A stretch of DNA of 64,000 nucleotides, from the NCBI GenBank assembly GCA_964016885.1, contig OZ024743.1:46810001-46874000 (forward strand), in the 5' to 3' direction. The translations under genes and the position numbers were made by a program. Under the pieces are notes generated by a model. The model searched no databases. It saw only the letters and a list, made by a program, of their open reading frames with translations, and was not told the DNA's origin. This DNA comes from Eledone cirrhosa (lineage: Eukaryota). This document shows positions 29,201-43,973 of this stretch, piece by piece; positions within the stretch are counted from its first letter, which is position 1; every line of letters begins with the position of its first letter.

Positions 29201-30490
29201 AGACCGCTTCCACCGCCAATTGAAAGCCGCATTGCGCGCTTATCTGGATCAACAGCAATAGAGCGAGTATGTACCAATTGTCCTTCTTGGCTGTCGTGCA
29301 GCTATCAAGGAGGATCTAGGATACTCCCCAGCTGAACTGGTTTACGGAGTACCTATATCTTTGCCGGGTCAGATGTTGACCCCAATGGATTTACCTGAAA
29401 CAGATCCAGCTCTGCATGTGAACAGACTGCAATCTTATTTTGACAATCTTCCGCCTATGAACCCTCCGGCAACAGACAATAAAGTCTTCGGACCCACGTC
29501 TTTCTACGGAAGGACGCCGTGAGAGCTCCTCTCACGTCACCTTATACTGGTCCTTATCGTGTGCTTGCACGCACAGATAAACTGTTCACTCTGGACATTG
29601 GTGGTAAAAAAGAGACTGTATCTATCGATAGGGTGAAACGGGCCTTTACAGACACTCTCCACAAGAGCCCCTTATTCCCCCTACATATACTCTGCATCAG
29701 CCAACACACGCTACACATGCAACATTGCACACACCTTCTCCACCTACACCTACATATGTCACCACCACACATAATGGTCGCCAAGTACATTGGCCCAAGA
29801 AGCTTTGCAAGACTCTATATATATGAACTATGCTATATAGAGCAAGCTTTTTGAGTTCTTGTCCTCTCTTGTATTTATATTAAATGCATTAATTAATGTG
29901 AACTTTGGACTATTTCTGCTGTTCAGTATTTTTTTATGTTCCTCTTTTTCTCTGAAGCAAAACGCAGACATTCCTGTGAAATGAATATTTAGTTTTCTGT
30001 GAATTGATATTGTTTATTATATATTTACTGTTATATATTTTTTTTCTTTCTTGCAACTGCTACCCTTTTTTCTCTGTCGGCTTTCAGCCTAAGCAGAGGG
30101 TGATGTAGCAGTAATATATATCCTTTGTATTTTCCTTCGGCGGAAGAAAAATGTTACGGAAGTAAATTGGCTGAAGTGTGAGCCAATCAAAACCTTCGGC
30201 GTAGCGATACAAGTAACTGGACTACTTAGACAAGAGAACGGAAGTTAAGACAGAAGATCAGTCTCCAGAAAAATCTGCTATCATCAAAACGTTGATTCTT
30301 CGATACGCCATATCCTGTCGTATCTCACACATGGAAATACAGGCAAAATGAGTTTCACAGTGTGAAGCAAGAATAAATGAAGTACATATTTGTAATGGAG
30401 TTTGTCTATTTAATGCTTTCTGATCTAATGACTTACATTCTTCATTATAGTTTTTGAGTTTTAGGTTCACAAATAAAGACTGAAATTGCC
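26270..30490 (+). mobile_element. Degenerate Ty3/Gypsy element (CsRn1-like): gag C-term, PR, RT, RH, IN, PPT + probable 3' LTR
   Basis: CYYHSHFGAVARS(C)KQPC CHCC motif after a 1-nt correction; DTGA; [23 protein letters not shown]; VDAS; HPG..C..C, HIDLVGP, TDRGGQF; GPY. PPT then TGTAG at 30104. Right end uncertain. Confidence 0.88.
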
Positions 30491-30495
30491 ATTTA

Positions 30496-30574
<79 letters not shown>

Positions 30575-32699
30575 GATAACAAGTTATCGTTATAGGTAAT
30601 CCAGTTAGATGTTGTGAGTACTCTGTGTCGATTAGCGGCCTCTAGACTCACCTGATCAATGAAACAATTGTTAATACTTGAAATAAAGCCCCTTGTTGTA
30701 CAGCCAACCATGTTACTCTTCAATTTTTCACTATATATATATATATATATACACGCATACATATATATTTGTATATATTTAAAGAAACACAAAACAGGCT
30801 TCAAGCAACTAGCGAGTTTGTAAATAGGTAGTAACATGTGCTTACGCCGTATTTGACTAAATAAAATGAGTTAGTTGCGGTTTTAACAAATCCTCTGAAT
30901 GGAAAAAAGGACGGTATTTTTAAAATCCCAACTAACAGTAGGTAGTAGTGACCAGAATACAGCCTTGATAAGGAGCAAAAGCTCCAAAACAATTGTCAAC
31001 TGCTTTCTCTCAGCTGTAACATAAGGCTGACGTTGGTCATCTAGAAAACACACATGCTGATTGTGAGGCTGTTTGTTTGCAAACAAACCAAATACTAATA
31101 ATATTATAATATGATTATTAATGTTCACTCAAGAATACATTTAGGTATCGACCAACTATAGTGTAATCAACCTAAAGCACTCCATGTCATGGGTATCATA
31201 ATATTCAACTTCAGTTTATCACTTCCAATCTTTTATCTACATTTCAAAGGCATCACAATGTCATTCGGTAACAGTCATACAAAGTATTGTCATCAGACAG
31301 GTGTTTAAATGTAAACGATGTTTTGTTTTTGTTTTTGGTTTTTGATATACCTGCTGTCAAAGGGATGTTAACATTTCAGGTTCCAGCTGGCATACACTAT
31401 ATGAATGAAGATGCTGGCAAACTACAAGCAGGGGAGTGGGAGCTACTGCAGTGACTATAGGTGAAAGTAGGTCAGTGTACTAAAGTAGTCATTCATTCTG
31501 GCTCTTAAAGGGGTTGTACAACAAATGTTTCTTCTGAGATTTTTCTATTTTTTATCAATATACTTTCATCAATAACTCTCAGCAGTTCTTACTCCTATTA
31601 CTATCACTTTGGCATCAATAGGACTTTAGAGAATGGTCATTTATCTAAAGTATAGGAGCATGGTTCTGAGCGTGTGTGAGAGCTAAATCTTAATATAGTG
31701 GATTCACATCATCATATCCATGCGCACATATGCATGGTCATATAGCAGTAGTAGTATATTCACATACATGCAAGTACATGGGAACAATCAATCACCCACA
31801 TATGCCCACATGCAGACATACACACAACCCATATAAGTCCACACATGCATATGCATGGTTCGACACACATCTGTAGTGTAGTAGGTATTAAATAAAGAAG
31901 TGTGGTGTTAGCAGAACTATGTAAGGGAAATGAAGGAGTCCAGCATACTAGCAGATTGCAAGGTGATATCAGTGATGTTCACATAGATGAGGGAAAGTTA
32001 AAAATTATATGCTAACCAAGGAATTTCAAGGGTTTTGATATTTTGTGTCTACATGTGTTAAAGGAGGAGGAGATAAAAGAAAAAGAAAAAATACTAGTCA
32101 TAAAGGGTCCACAGAAACACAAAGATCTGAGAGATGCTGCAAGTGAGATGGCCAGCAATGTAGTCAGGCCGATTGAACAAAATTAAACACTATAACACAG
32201 CAATGGTAAAATAAGGAGCCACCAGGCAGACTCCAATAAGAAAGAAGTAAATAAACAGAACTAGGAGAAACAGAGACCCTGAGAAAATAAAAGCCAAAGT
32301 ATTCTATAAGTTTTTCAAGAAAGAAACCTGTTGGCATGGAGAAGCAGCACCTGCTCATCTCAAATACTCCAGCTGAAACCAGCACGGGCAAACAACACAG
32401 TACACAGGGTCACTGCCCAGGAAATATGCTGATGTTGCACATATTATACCAATGAAGAGGAGACAATATGCAGATTCGGTACTGACTGTAGCAGCAGAAC
32501 AGCAATCTTTTTTAGACATAAAAGAAAACATTTATACAATTGATATGGCTACATCAGCTACAAAACCTATGTCATTCACACCAACATTCAAGACCACCAC
32601 AAATAAAGGGCCCAAGATGGCCACCACTGACACCCCACCAATGTCATATCAGCAGCCACTACTGACACCCAAAATATCACACCAGTGTTACTGCTAAAT

Positions 32700-34620
32700 A
32701 TCAGAGGCTGGTAAAACTTACCAGCATGAGTAAAATCCCCTACCTGAGAGACCTAGCCACAAGCAAATATGCACCTGACAGCTAGCATATCAGATGCAGA
32801 AATACAAATACCAGTTGCTTATATTTCGTACTGACAGGAGGAAAAGAATTCATGGTGAGGCTGTTTGTATATTCGTGAAGATGTCACACCCTTATTACTG
32901 TTTTCACATTCCAGAAAAATCCTTATGAGATGGAGAATGAAGATCTCAAACCAGCTAAATATACAACTAAAGAACAAGACAGAATCTCATTTGAAGCAAA
33001 CACTGTTTGAAATTGAAACTGAACTCAAACTTTCCCATGAAAAGGAGAGGGCAAAAAGAAAAGTAAGGGCTTTGGAAAACAAAAACAAATGCTTAGGCCA
33101 TTTCTAAATTCACAAAAAAGACCGCCTCGGTACACTAAGGCCAATTTCCATAAAAACGGCAGACCCTCATGTGAGTTACTGAGCAATATAAAAGTGTTTT
33201 CATACCACCAATAAGGCACATGCAAATAAGTAAACCAGATGAGTTCTTTGACACTACAGCACTACACAGAGAAATGGCAACCATCAATTACATAGGTATA
33301 AAGGAGGAAGATGTAATATCAGCCATAAACGAAATGAAATCAAATTCAGCTGCTGACCCTGCTGGATTCCCAACAGTTGTCCTAAAAACGAACCTTAGCA
33401 AATCCACTGCAGATCGTCTTCTAAAGTCCCCTTGCAAGTGGTAAACTACCTGGAAAGCTAAAAGAAGGCATATGTCCTATCCATAAAGAAGGAAACAGAG
33501 CAGATGCTGAAAACTACAGACCTGGAACAAATTGTCAGAAGGAAACTGATCATGTTCCTAGAGGAAAATGGCCTACAAACTGACACCCAGCAGGGCTTTC
33601 GCTCAGGAAGATGCTACCTTACACAGCTCTTACAGCATTATGACTGGGTGCTGAAACAGCAGCTAGACCATTCAAATATGGAAGTGGTATATCTCAACTT
33701 TGCGAAAGCCTTCAATAAAGGTGATCATGAAACCACGTAATTTCGGCATAGTTGGAAAATTTTATGAATGGCTTCAGAAGTCCTTTTGCAGCCAACAGGA
33801 CCCCCAAAGGAAACATCAATAACAAGTGGTGTGTCCCAGGGAACTGTCTTGGGACCATTGCTGTTTGTGGTGGCTCTCTCACATATGCTCTCTGTAGTAC
33901 AAACAGCCTTCCCTCACTAACTAACAAAGGTAGCACAGGCAATCAAAAAAGATATGGATGCCATATACAAAGGGGCTGAGGACAGCAATATGCAGTTTTA
34001 TGCCAGAAAATCTCATGCCCTCTGCTTTCAACCTGCAGACACAAGGTCTCTTCAACAAAGCTAAACCAGACCAGGAAAAATTGAAATCTCTGAGTATTGA
34101 CATGAGCAATGATGCATTGTTTCATGCACACATCACCAAAATAGCAGCAATGTGCAGACAACTGGCTGGTTGGATTCTGCGGACTTTCAGGACAAGAAAC
34201 CAGGAAACCATGTTGTTCCTCTGGAGGAATTTTCTCCTCAGCCTACAGGACTATTGCTCCCAAGAAGATTGTCTCAATGAAGGAGATGAACTACTGGGAG
34301 AGGCTGAAAGAACTAAAGAACTTTTTCCTGGAACGAAGACAGGAGAGATATACAGTGATATACATATGAAAAATACTGGAAGGACTAGTGCCAAACTTTG
34401 GGATTGAGAGCGAGATCAACCCTCAAACAGGACACCTCTGTGTAGTGCCAAAGGCCCATTCTACACATGTCGTGCAAGGACCAGATACTGCAATATACTG
34501 AGGTTTAAAGGCCTCCAGTTTTTTAATAAGATGCCTAAAAATCTGAGTGGATGTAGATGTTTTCAAGAAATATCTCAAAATTCTGTTAACCAAAATCCAA
34601 GATGAACACAGCATGAGACG
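32700..34620 (+). pseudogene. Old CR1-like LINE relic
   Basis: QQGFRSGRCYLTQLL, VYLNFAKAFNKGDH, AGWILRTF; heavily disrupted. Confidence 0.7.
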
Positions 34621-34800
34621 AAGTACAATAAGGGAAGCAGTGACAAACCCCCTCCAACATCAATGGCCAACCAAGGAAGGATGGCTATAGAAAGTATAGT
34701 GGCAATGACGATGTCTCAGCATGGCTGAGGCCAGTTGGCTGGAGCAGGTAAAAAAGTAATAAGTATGTGTGCATATATGTGTGATATATATATATATATA

Positions 34801-35040
34801 TAATCACTTAACGTCCACTTTTCCCTGCTTGCAAGGGTGGGATGGGTCCTCTTCAGCACAGCATCTCTCCATTTGTCACGGTCCTTCGTCATCTCCTCTG
34901 TGAGCTTCAACGATCTGAAGTCAGCTCTAACCACCTCAGCCGATGTTTTTTTGTGATCTTCCTCTACTGTGTCTTCCTTCCACTGGGATTTGTTGGCACT
35001 TCTTCACCCAGCAGTCATCATCCATGCACATCAAAATATT
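34801..35040 (-). mobile_element. Old RTE 3' fragment
   Basis: VVRADFRSLKLTEEMTKDRDKWRDAVLKRTHP, then a 3' stem-loop ending GGACGTTAAG. Confidence 0.75.
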
Positions 35041-35499
35041 AACAGCTAGCCCACCATTTCCAGACAATTTTCACCATAAAATGCCTTTTATCAAAAATAT
35101 TTTTATTCCATGTCAGACCATGCCTCATCTCCTGTTACTTATTCCCTGTAGCCCATCCTCATGAATCGTCACGAAGGTGGTTTCTATGGAAATTAACTCA
35201 ATAAAGCTGTATATTGAAATGGTATCAGTGGCTTGTTGTGTACTTTAGTGTGAGCATCTTCACATAAACAACGGGGGACCTCTGTGAGGGAAACTTTCTG
35301 CCTCAAAAACAATGACACCTGCTGATGTAATAAGGCCATGTTGAAGGAATGCATTAGGTCAATAAAAGCCAGACTACTTCAATTGTCACAGTAACAGTGA
35401 TTGATAGTATTACTATTTCCTATTGTATTTTGGTTTTCTTTTCTTCTTTTTGGAATTATGAAACTATATGCCCATATTTCGAAAATCAAATCCGTTTTT

Positions 35500-37228
35500 C
35501 TAGAGCCTTTCATATTGCAAGGCAGTGTCTCTGTGTGAATCAGAATATTGTTGGAGAAAAGTGTGGAATATGACACTGGTATACTTAGTATCACTGATGC
35601 TCAAAGGAAAGAGGCTTGGAAATGCTACTATGAAAGGCTGATGAATGTGAAGAATGGGTGGGAGGAAGAGAAACTAACCCCTGCTGTTCCAACAGAGAAA
35701 CCAGTTATAGGGTTAAAGAAGCAATCAAAGAGATGAAAAATGGTGAAGCTGCTGGACCATCTGAGATAGTCACTGGGCTGCTGAAAGTATCTGGAGAAGT
35801 AGGAACTGCACTAATCACTCGCATAGTCAATCAGATAATACAGGACAGGGTCATACCCAATGATTGGCCAGGGGAATATAACTAATGAACCTGGTTATGA
35901 AAGTGACAGAAAAGGTTCTAACACAACTAATTAAAAAAAAGAGTGAAATTAGATGAGATGCAATTCGGTTTGAGCTAGAGAGGAGCACCAAAGGCCCTCT
36001 TTTTAGTCAAACAACCACAAGAGAAGTTTCTTGCTAAGAGTAAGCCCCTATAACTACCTTTTTTTTTATCTAGAGAAAGCTTTTGACAAAGTACCACGAT
36101 CTATCATCTTTGATCGTTAAGGAAACTGAAGAGTATAGATAAGTGGCTTGTGAAAGTAGTGCAAGTCATGTACAGAGGAGCTGTCAGTAAAGTGAAAGTA
36201 GGAAATGAGTGCATCAAGATTTAGTCTTCAGTCTACTTCGATTTATCATAGTCTTCCAGGTCATAACAGAGGAGTTTAAGCCTGGCTGTCCATGGAAACT
36301 TCTGTATGATGCTAATGATCTGGTTCTCCTAGCTGAATCTGTGGAAAAACTAGAGAATATATTCCAGCTGTGAAAACATAACTTAGAATCAAAAGGATTG
36401 AGAGTAAACTTAGCAAAAGCCAGTGTTAATAAGCAGAAAAGACAGAGCCCTGATCCTATCAGGGAAATGGTCTTGCTCCAATATGTAGAAAAGGAGTAGG
36501 CAAAAATTCTATATGATGTACACCAGATAGCAGGTAGACTAATAGGAAAAGAAGACTGTATGCAGTAGATTTTCAGGGATAATTCATAGTAAGAGTGCCA
36601 GTGATATAAACCTTTCCCAATCCTAGGTAAGATCCACAGAAGTGGTTGATAGCTTCTGCTACCTAAGTGATATAATTAGCAATGGAGGAAGGTATTCCGA
36701 GAGCATAATAGCTAGAATAAAGGACAGGATGGAATAAATTTAAAAAACTACTTCTTGGCAACAAAGGTTCTCTTTCTACAAGCGAAAGGTTGGCTGTATA
36801 ACGCTTGAGTGCAAAGTGCAATGCTGCATGGTAGTGCAACATGGGCAGTAAATGCAGAGGCTGGTGAGAAATGAAGCAAGCATGGACAACAAAGCATGAA
36901 TGAACTGAGAGAGAATCTAGGTATAAGAGGAATCAAATATAGTGTACAATAAAGAAGATTGCACTGGTATGGCCATCTGATATGCGTGGATGATGCACGT
37001 TAAACGATAATGATGATGATGATGATCGTTGGGTGAAGAAGTGCCAAGAAACCCCAGAGGACAACCAAGGAAGACCTGGATGGAGGTAGTGAGAACTGAT
37101 CTCAAATCACTGAAGCTCACAGAGGAGATGGTGAAGGAACATGACAGGTGGAAAGATGCTGTGCTGAAAAAGACCCGTCCAACCTATGCAAGCATGGAAC
37201 AGCAAATGTTAAATGATAATGATGATGA
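35500..37228 (+). pseudogene. Old RTE relic (RT, PHD-like remnant, GAT tail)
   Basis: KEAWKCYYERL, GPSEIV, LEKAFD, GCPW, GKWSCS, RGQPRKTWMEVV; nested GAT-tailed stub at about 36995-37027. Confidence 0.8.
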
Positions 37229-37310
37229 ATGCCTTTATTGAAATTACATTTATCATGATCCCAAAATTAATTTTTTCATTAAGCCCATTATATCTATATA
37301 CACGAGTCAA

Positions 37311-37679
37311 CACAGGCATGGCCATGTGGATTAGAAATTCACTTCACAAACACAAGGCACTGGCTTTAGTCCCACTGCATGGAATCTTGTGCAAGAGTCT
37401 TTTACCATAGCCTCAGGTTGACCCAAGCCTTGTGAGTGAAATTGAGTAGACAGAAACTGTCAGATGAACTGTACCTATAATTCAAAGAACCGGCCTTGCC
37501 AGCCAAATCCACTTGAGAATTTCATTAAGTTGGCATTAGGTAGGGCATCCAGCTGTAGAAACCAAGCCAAAATACAGATTCGTATGAACATGACGTGGTC
37601 TCCGGACCAGACTTGTCTCAACATAACCCGTCTAACCCATGTAAGCGTGAAAAATGGACATTAAATGATGATGATGATG
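37311..37679 (+). mobile_element. Old tRNA-derived SINE with RTE-type tail
   Basis: tRNA-like head GGCATGGCCATGTGG; shared GGGCATCCAGCTGTAGAAA core; (GAT)n tail. Confidence 0.7.
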
Positions 37680-40159
37680 TCCATGGAATATTTTTCACAC
37701 TAATTTAATGAATAGATTGAACAACAAGACACTACAACAAGACACTCATGTCGTGTGTTTTTTTGCCCATATTTATGCTTATACTGGTTAAAATAGGTAT
37801 TGTTTGTATTTATGTTGTGTCCATTTACGACCCATAACCTAGTGGCTCAATAAAATTACATAGCAGACTGAAATAAGGATATGGTTTCTGATATGATCAA
37901 CTAAACTCTTAAAAGAAGTGCCCCAGCATGGCTGCAGTTCAAAGAACTCCACATGAAATCATACATAATTTGATTTATAGTGTGTATTAAGCAGGCTCCT
38001 TGAATATTAAAATAGTTTGTATTAACTTATTCACACCATATGCCTAACTATATCAAGGAAAACCATTTCAACTCAGTAATACAGTGTCCTCACACAAATC
38101 CCAGACTCAGTTGGCAGTACCTAGAATGGGCTCCTACCCCAGAATATGGAATTCCTCTTCTCACCTTCAAAATTCCAGGTTGTTAACCAGCCCAAATTGA
38201 GAGAGAAAGGATGGAGCACAAGGCCAGCAACCTGCCTTCAGTAATCAAATTCCTACAGAAATTATGAGAAAGTCACCTGATGGCTCCTAGGGAAAAAAGG
38301 ACCTAACAAACACAGCATTTAATGCCATTAACCCTTTTAATACCAACCTACTTGACATTGACTCTAGTTTAACCCTTTAGCGTTTACATTATTCTATATT
38401 TACTATTGTATTTTCACCATAAACGCTTTCACATAATTATCTCATATAATATCAAATCTATGAGATCTTGATATTAGGTATTTTGAGAACAATACTTTAA
38501 CATAAACATGAGTAGCTGGTTACAGTCAGTTTGAACAGAAAGAGGTGAGAGAATTCTGGCCAGATACGACCGGTTTAAATGCTAATAAGTTAATGGTGCA
38601 AAACTGTCCATTTTTAAATATATTTAGACTTAAACCTATTCTCAAAATTATACCTAGGAGCCTACTGTCATGTTCCAAACAACAGCTTAACTCTTTAAAT
38701 ACCAACCTAGTCAAAAAAACAGCTCTATTACAGTGTTCAAATTTAAATTGAAATCTTGGACTGAAATATCATTATTACATGGAAGCTAATATTAAATTTC
38801 AGTAGTTAATTATTTCTTTTATTATTGAGTTGAGTTATTTCACTAAAATCACTCATAATTCTTGCTTAGTTTCATAATTAAAACACAAAAGCAATACATT
38901 ATTTTGTTAGAAATATGATAAAGAAAGGGTTAATAATGACATGGTTAGTTATTTTACTCAATGCTTCAAAATGCCTGCTTATTTAAAAAATTGATTATGA
39001 ATAATGTATTTTGTGAGGAATATGACCACGAATAGGTTAATATTAAAACAAAAATTAACCGCTTTAAGCTTGTCAAAAAGCTTGTCATAAACAGTTTCAA
39101 CAGCTAACTAACACAACTTGAGCTTAAGAACAGATAATTTATGTGAATGAAATAAAAAGATGATAGACAGAAAGCTTAGTTTCTGGCTATGCCAACATGG
39201 TATGAGTAGTTACTGACAGAATAGATACTGTTTGATAAAGTACATTTCTCAGCTGACTATCAAAGAATATAGGCTCATCTAAATTGATTACTGAATAATT
39301 CATTTTCAACTCTTAACATCCTGTAAGGATTTAGCAGAAAATATCTAAAAACAGATTGGTTAATTTAAATATTTATAGTATATTTATTAGTGGACAGGCC
39401 ATTGTAAAAAAATTGCAGTATCAAAATAGAGACATCAATTTTTTTAATGTGATGCAGTCATAATGCTGTTTTATAATTTTCATATTACATGGTGTTAAGA
39501 GTTAAAATAAAAATGTAGCAAATGTTTGAATTTTCCATATATCAATGTACTGTTTCATGATAGCTAAGTGGTTTTACATTTTACATTAACCTTTCTGATA
39601 ACAAACCACACTGATTCCACATACAAAACTTTTTGTTTTAAAATGATTATATTTATCTAAAAACTTTCCATCATAATTTTATGTAAGAACCTTTGTTAAG
39701 TTATACTCCAAATACCAATTTAGTATCAAGAAAGTTATTGTACTAAATCCCTCCAAATGTTATATGAAAATGAAAATTATGGGCAGTCTTTCATGAGAAA
39801 TATGGTAATGAAAATGTTAACATATAAACATGTGATGGTCAAATGGATAAGTATGGAACATCTGATAAACATACAGGTAGTACTGCTCCAACACGAGATG
39901 TGCTGCTGTTGCTCACACTGGTATACTAGACCACATCCAGAAAAAAAAACACTCAGCCATGCACAAACCACTATACTCATTCCTTCCTGCTTAAAATGTC
40001 AACCTTCTGGAACTCCCTCCCAGCTTGTGTCTTTCCACAAAAATTTGGAGCTAGAATAATTTAAATAGAACATCAATCTCTGGTTTCAGAGGCCCTAACA
40101 TATGTTTCAACATATTTTAAAGAATAAAAACTCATGCAAGAAGTGAAAATTATGTATGA

Positions 40160-40630
40160 TTTTTAAGCTTATTTTATGCTACTTTTAAATATGAATTGCA
40201 TTTTTGTCAATTTTCAAATTTTTGAAGTTAAGATGTCAAAACAGGATTTTCTAAACTTAAATATTTCTATGAGTTTAAAGTCAGCCACAATGAAGCACAA
40301 ACAGCTAGAAACATCAATGAAATTGGGGTCCAAGAAAGCGTTAATGAATGCAGATTATAACAATATAACAATATATTTACAAGAGTATTTAAGCAGAATT
40401 TTAAAGCCGCCATGGCCTCTAAAATAAAGCAACATTATTTAACCATTTCTTATGAAAGCCATTGCCTGTTAATTCATTCTTGAATGGATTAACTTGGCTG
40501 TGGATCACCAAACAGTCGCCATAACCTTCTTTTGCTTTGGGAAGAGTTTAAGAGCTTAATCTCAGACCAACTACTGTGCTGAACGTCTTTGATTGTTGTA
40601 TATGATCCACTTTTCATTGAACGTTACAAT
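40160..40630. mobile_element. Mariner transposase fragments (N-term on +, catalytic region on -)
   Basis: Plus strand: FYEFKVSHNEAQTARNINE. Minus strand, about 40490-40630: IVTFNEKWIIYNNQRRSAQ..KKVMATVW. Confidence 0.65.
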
Positions 40631-42456
40631 GTGATAAAAATAAAAAGGGCTAAAAGTAAGTAACAAGGAGAGTTTTGTGTGGTTTAGTATTAAAAGGTAC
40701 AAACTAATGAAATGTGACTATTATATTTAGGAAAGCAATACAACTTACTCCCGGTTATAATATATTTTCAATAGCATTTGAGCAGAATGCTAAAGCTGTC
40801 CAGGGCTCTAAAACAAAGCAACATTATTTAACCATTCTGCTACTATATTTATTTTATGCAAGACACTGCCTGTTGATTTTTAAATATTTATGAAAATGAT
40901 TAGGAATTTGGAGGTTCTTACACAAAATTATGATGGAAGGTGTTTAGATATATAAACACTATAAAATGAAGTTTGCTTTCATAAAACCAGTATCAAAAGG
41001 GTTAAATATGTGTTGGAGTAGTCATTAATCATATGTAACTATATTTTAAAGTTCTTGCAAATATAAAAATTAAATTGTATTTCAGCTTAAAACATCCAAA
41101 ATGTTTCAATTAATTTCAATTGTAAAATGTTATATTCAGATGATTTTGTGACATGAAAACTTTTGAAGAGGTGTTTGAAATGTCCAGCAACAGATACTGC
41201 TAAACATTCTTAATGATATGTTTACAATCATGTCACACAAAAAATTCCAGTTCTTGATTCTACGTTGATTTAACCATTTTGTTATCATATTTTCAATGAA
41301 AAACACTACTAATAATTTCGAAATAATTTTGTAAATAATGAATCATTTGAAGGGATTTAGTAATATAATTAAATATTTTGAAAGTTAAAGTATGCTCCAA
41401 ACACAAAGACTCATCAAGCTTATCCTAGTTTCCTTTGCTCTACGCCAATTCATTGCATAACTAATCCCCAGCTGTTACCAGTACTCATTTCGTTTCAGCT
41501 GAGAAGACTGGAGCAACATGAAATGGTAATGTCTTAGTCAAGGACACACCCCACCATCCAAGCCATGAATCTAGGCTGTGCACTTTCACATTGTAATATA
41601 ACATCATTTTCTCTGCTAGAAAGAGTTAGTCAGGTTGCAACAGAGTCAGTAGCATATTGACCTTTCAGATTAACTGCATTTTATCGTGGCACCAACACGA
41701 TAAATACGTTTATCCTTAACATAAACAGTGTGACACAATATGTAATAAAGCTGGAATTTTAAATTACTATTAGTCCATCCAACTGGCTTCCACACAGTTT
41801 CTATCTTCCAAATTCCGCTCATAAGGCTTGGATCAACCTAAGGCTATGGTAAATATATTGCCCAAAATGTAATGCAATGGGATCAAACTTTTAGCCTTTA
41901 AAATATAGAATTGTGGGGAGTCTGGATTTCCTTGCCACCCCTCATTCACTGGACTAGCACCAAACAATCATCATCACATACATTATTATCATTATTCCTA
42001 AACATACGATCCTGGTTGAAGACATTTCAATAAAGACCTTGGGAAACTACCCACAATACTGATCAGCTACAAAATACTACAGCAAAAAATAAAATGAATG
42101 AAAAAAAAAAAATGAAAAAAAATAATGTTCTTATGTTTCAATTAAACATTTAATAATTTGGGGAATCCCAAAGAATAGAGCTCGAAATAAGAAAACGAAA
42201 ATATCTTGTCAGATTCAACAAATCCACTTGTGTATATTGACACAGGAGTTCCCTGATCTACTTGTGTGTGTGTGTATATATAGTTTTAAAAAAACACAAT
42301 AACGTTATTAGGTTCACGCTTGAAAGGAGAAAGTTGAACGTATCGGACGTTAGTACTTCATATCTGGTTAACCAATGTCTTGTCAGCAAACATGTATATG
42401 CGTGTGTGTCCTCGTTAACATTTACTGTTTATATGTTCCGTAACTTAGTGGTTCGA

Positions 42457-42497
<41 letters not shown>

Positions 42498-42904
42498 GAT
42501 AATATACGTACTAGGCTTCAAAAAATAAATACTGGGGTCGATATAATCGACTGAATGAATCTCTTCAAGGAGATACGCAAAATGGCCAGTCTAATGACTA
42601 AAACCAGTAACAGAAAGAAATATGAGAGGACCATGCGAAATGAAGCCGGTGAATGCGATGTGATATTTTCATTTTCTTGTTTCAAGATCTATTGTCATGG
42701 ATATCCATAAATCTTTGAAGAAATTAGTTTTATTTCTGATGGCAGAAGACGAAAGATTGAGGAGATGAAGTTTGAGCCAAAAACAGAATAACGTGAGAGA
42801 GAAAGCGTGTAAAATATGGACATTTGTCCGTGTGTCCACCACAGAAAATAGTCCTTTATCAATATAATTTCTACTCCTCAGTCTAAATATTTTAAACAAA
42901 AGAT

Positions 42905-43272
42905 GGTAATCCTTTGTTTTAAGATCACAAACAACTTCCAGGAATTTCTGTAAGTAAAATTACTTCTTTTTTTTTTCTAATTTAATAAAAAAAATAATTA
43001 TAATCTACACCTTCGAAAATGTGTCTCTGAAAAATATGCATTATTAAGAAAATTGTGATAGCAAAGTCAGGTGGACGAACTAAACTGTAGTTGCGCGCAC
43101 ACACACAGATACATGACAACATAACTACAGTTTAGTTCCCCCACCTGACTTTGTTTCCTCATAACTTTCTTAATGAAATTTTACAGCTTCATTTTCGAAG
43201 GTTTTTTAATTTTGGTTTTCACTCACTAAAATTACCGAAAGTTATCTATGATCTTTAAATAAAAAGGATTAC
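42905..43272. mobile_element. Palindromic MITE/foldback
   Basis: Inverted pairs CAAAGTCAGGTGG..GAACTAAACTGTAGTT / AACTACAGTTTAGTTC..CCACCTGACTTTG, CTTCGAAAATG/CATTTTCGAAG and GTAATCCTTT/AAAGGATTAC. Confidence 0.7.
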
Positions 43273-43745
43273 TCGGAAGTGATAGAAATTGAAATGTTTT
43301 GGCGTTAGAACCTTTTTGTTTCAAATTGAAAAAATATATCAGTGACTGCAGTTCTAATTAAGAATCGGAAAAAAAACGGATAGCCTGAGGGAGTGGGAGT
43401 AATGACATAAACACATATATGTTTAAATTTAAATAAATTAGATTCTTGCTTTAATAAAATGAAACAAACTTTACATGTTTAATTACCCAAAATTAATACT
43501 TAAATATTTTCATATAGTCTTAAAAAGGGTAAAGGGCAAAATATAACAGTTCAATTTTGGATTTTGTGTATTAACGATAATTAATTTAAAGTGGCTCCAG
43601 TTCAGAATTATAAGCGGCTATATGAATTTATTAAAGGATAACAGTTTACATCTCTCCGTCTACCAAATTCTGCTCACAAGGCATCGGTCAATCTGACAAG
43701 ACACCCAAAGTGCCGCGCAGTGATATACACACACACACACACACA

Positions 43746-43828
43746 CTTTTATTGGTTTCAGCCAGTAATATGTAGCTATAGTGGGGCATCGCCTGATAGG
43801 GATTTAGTCGATCATACCGAACACAGTA
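43746..43828 (-). mobile_element. SINE 3' tail
   Basis: Homologous to the plus-strand SINE tail at about 42528-42615 (TACTGGGGTCGATATAATCGACT...AAACCAGTAA). Confidence 0.6.
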
Positions 43829-43973
43829 GATATATATATATATATATACCAAACCCATTATATATATATATACCAAACCCAGTATATATATATATATACC
43901 AAACCCAGTATATATATATATATATACCAAACCCAGTATATATATATATATATATATAACTGATATAAAGTAA

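Noticed and set aside
30935-31045. Possible small upstream exon of the minus-strand gene
   Set aside because: Acceptor-like site and short open frame, but no homology or clear donor to support it
38329-41420. TTAACCCTTT...AAAGGGTTAA piggyBac-like MITE relics
   Set aside because: Probably real but too degenerate to delimit by eye; ordinary
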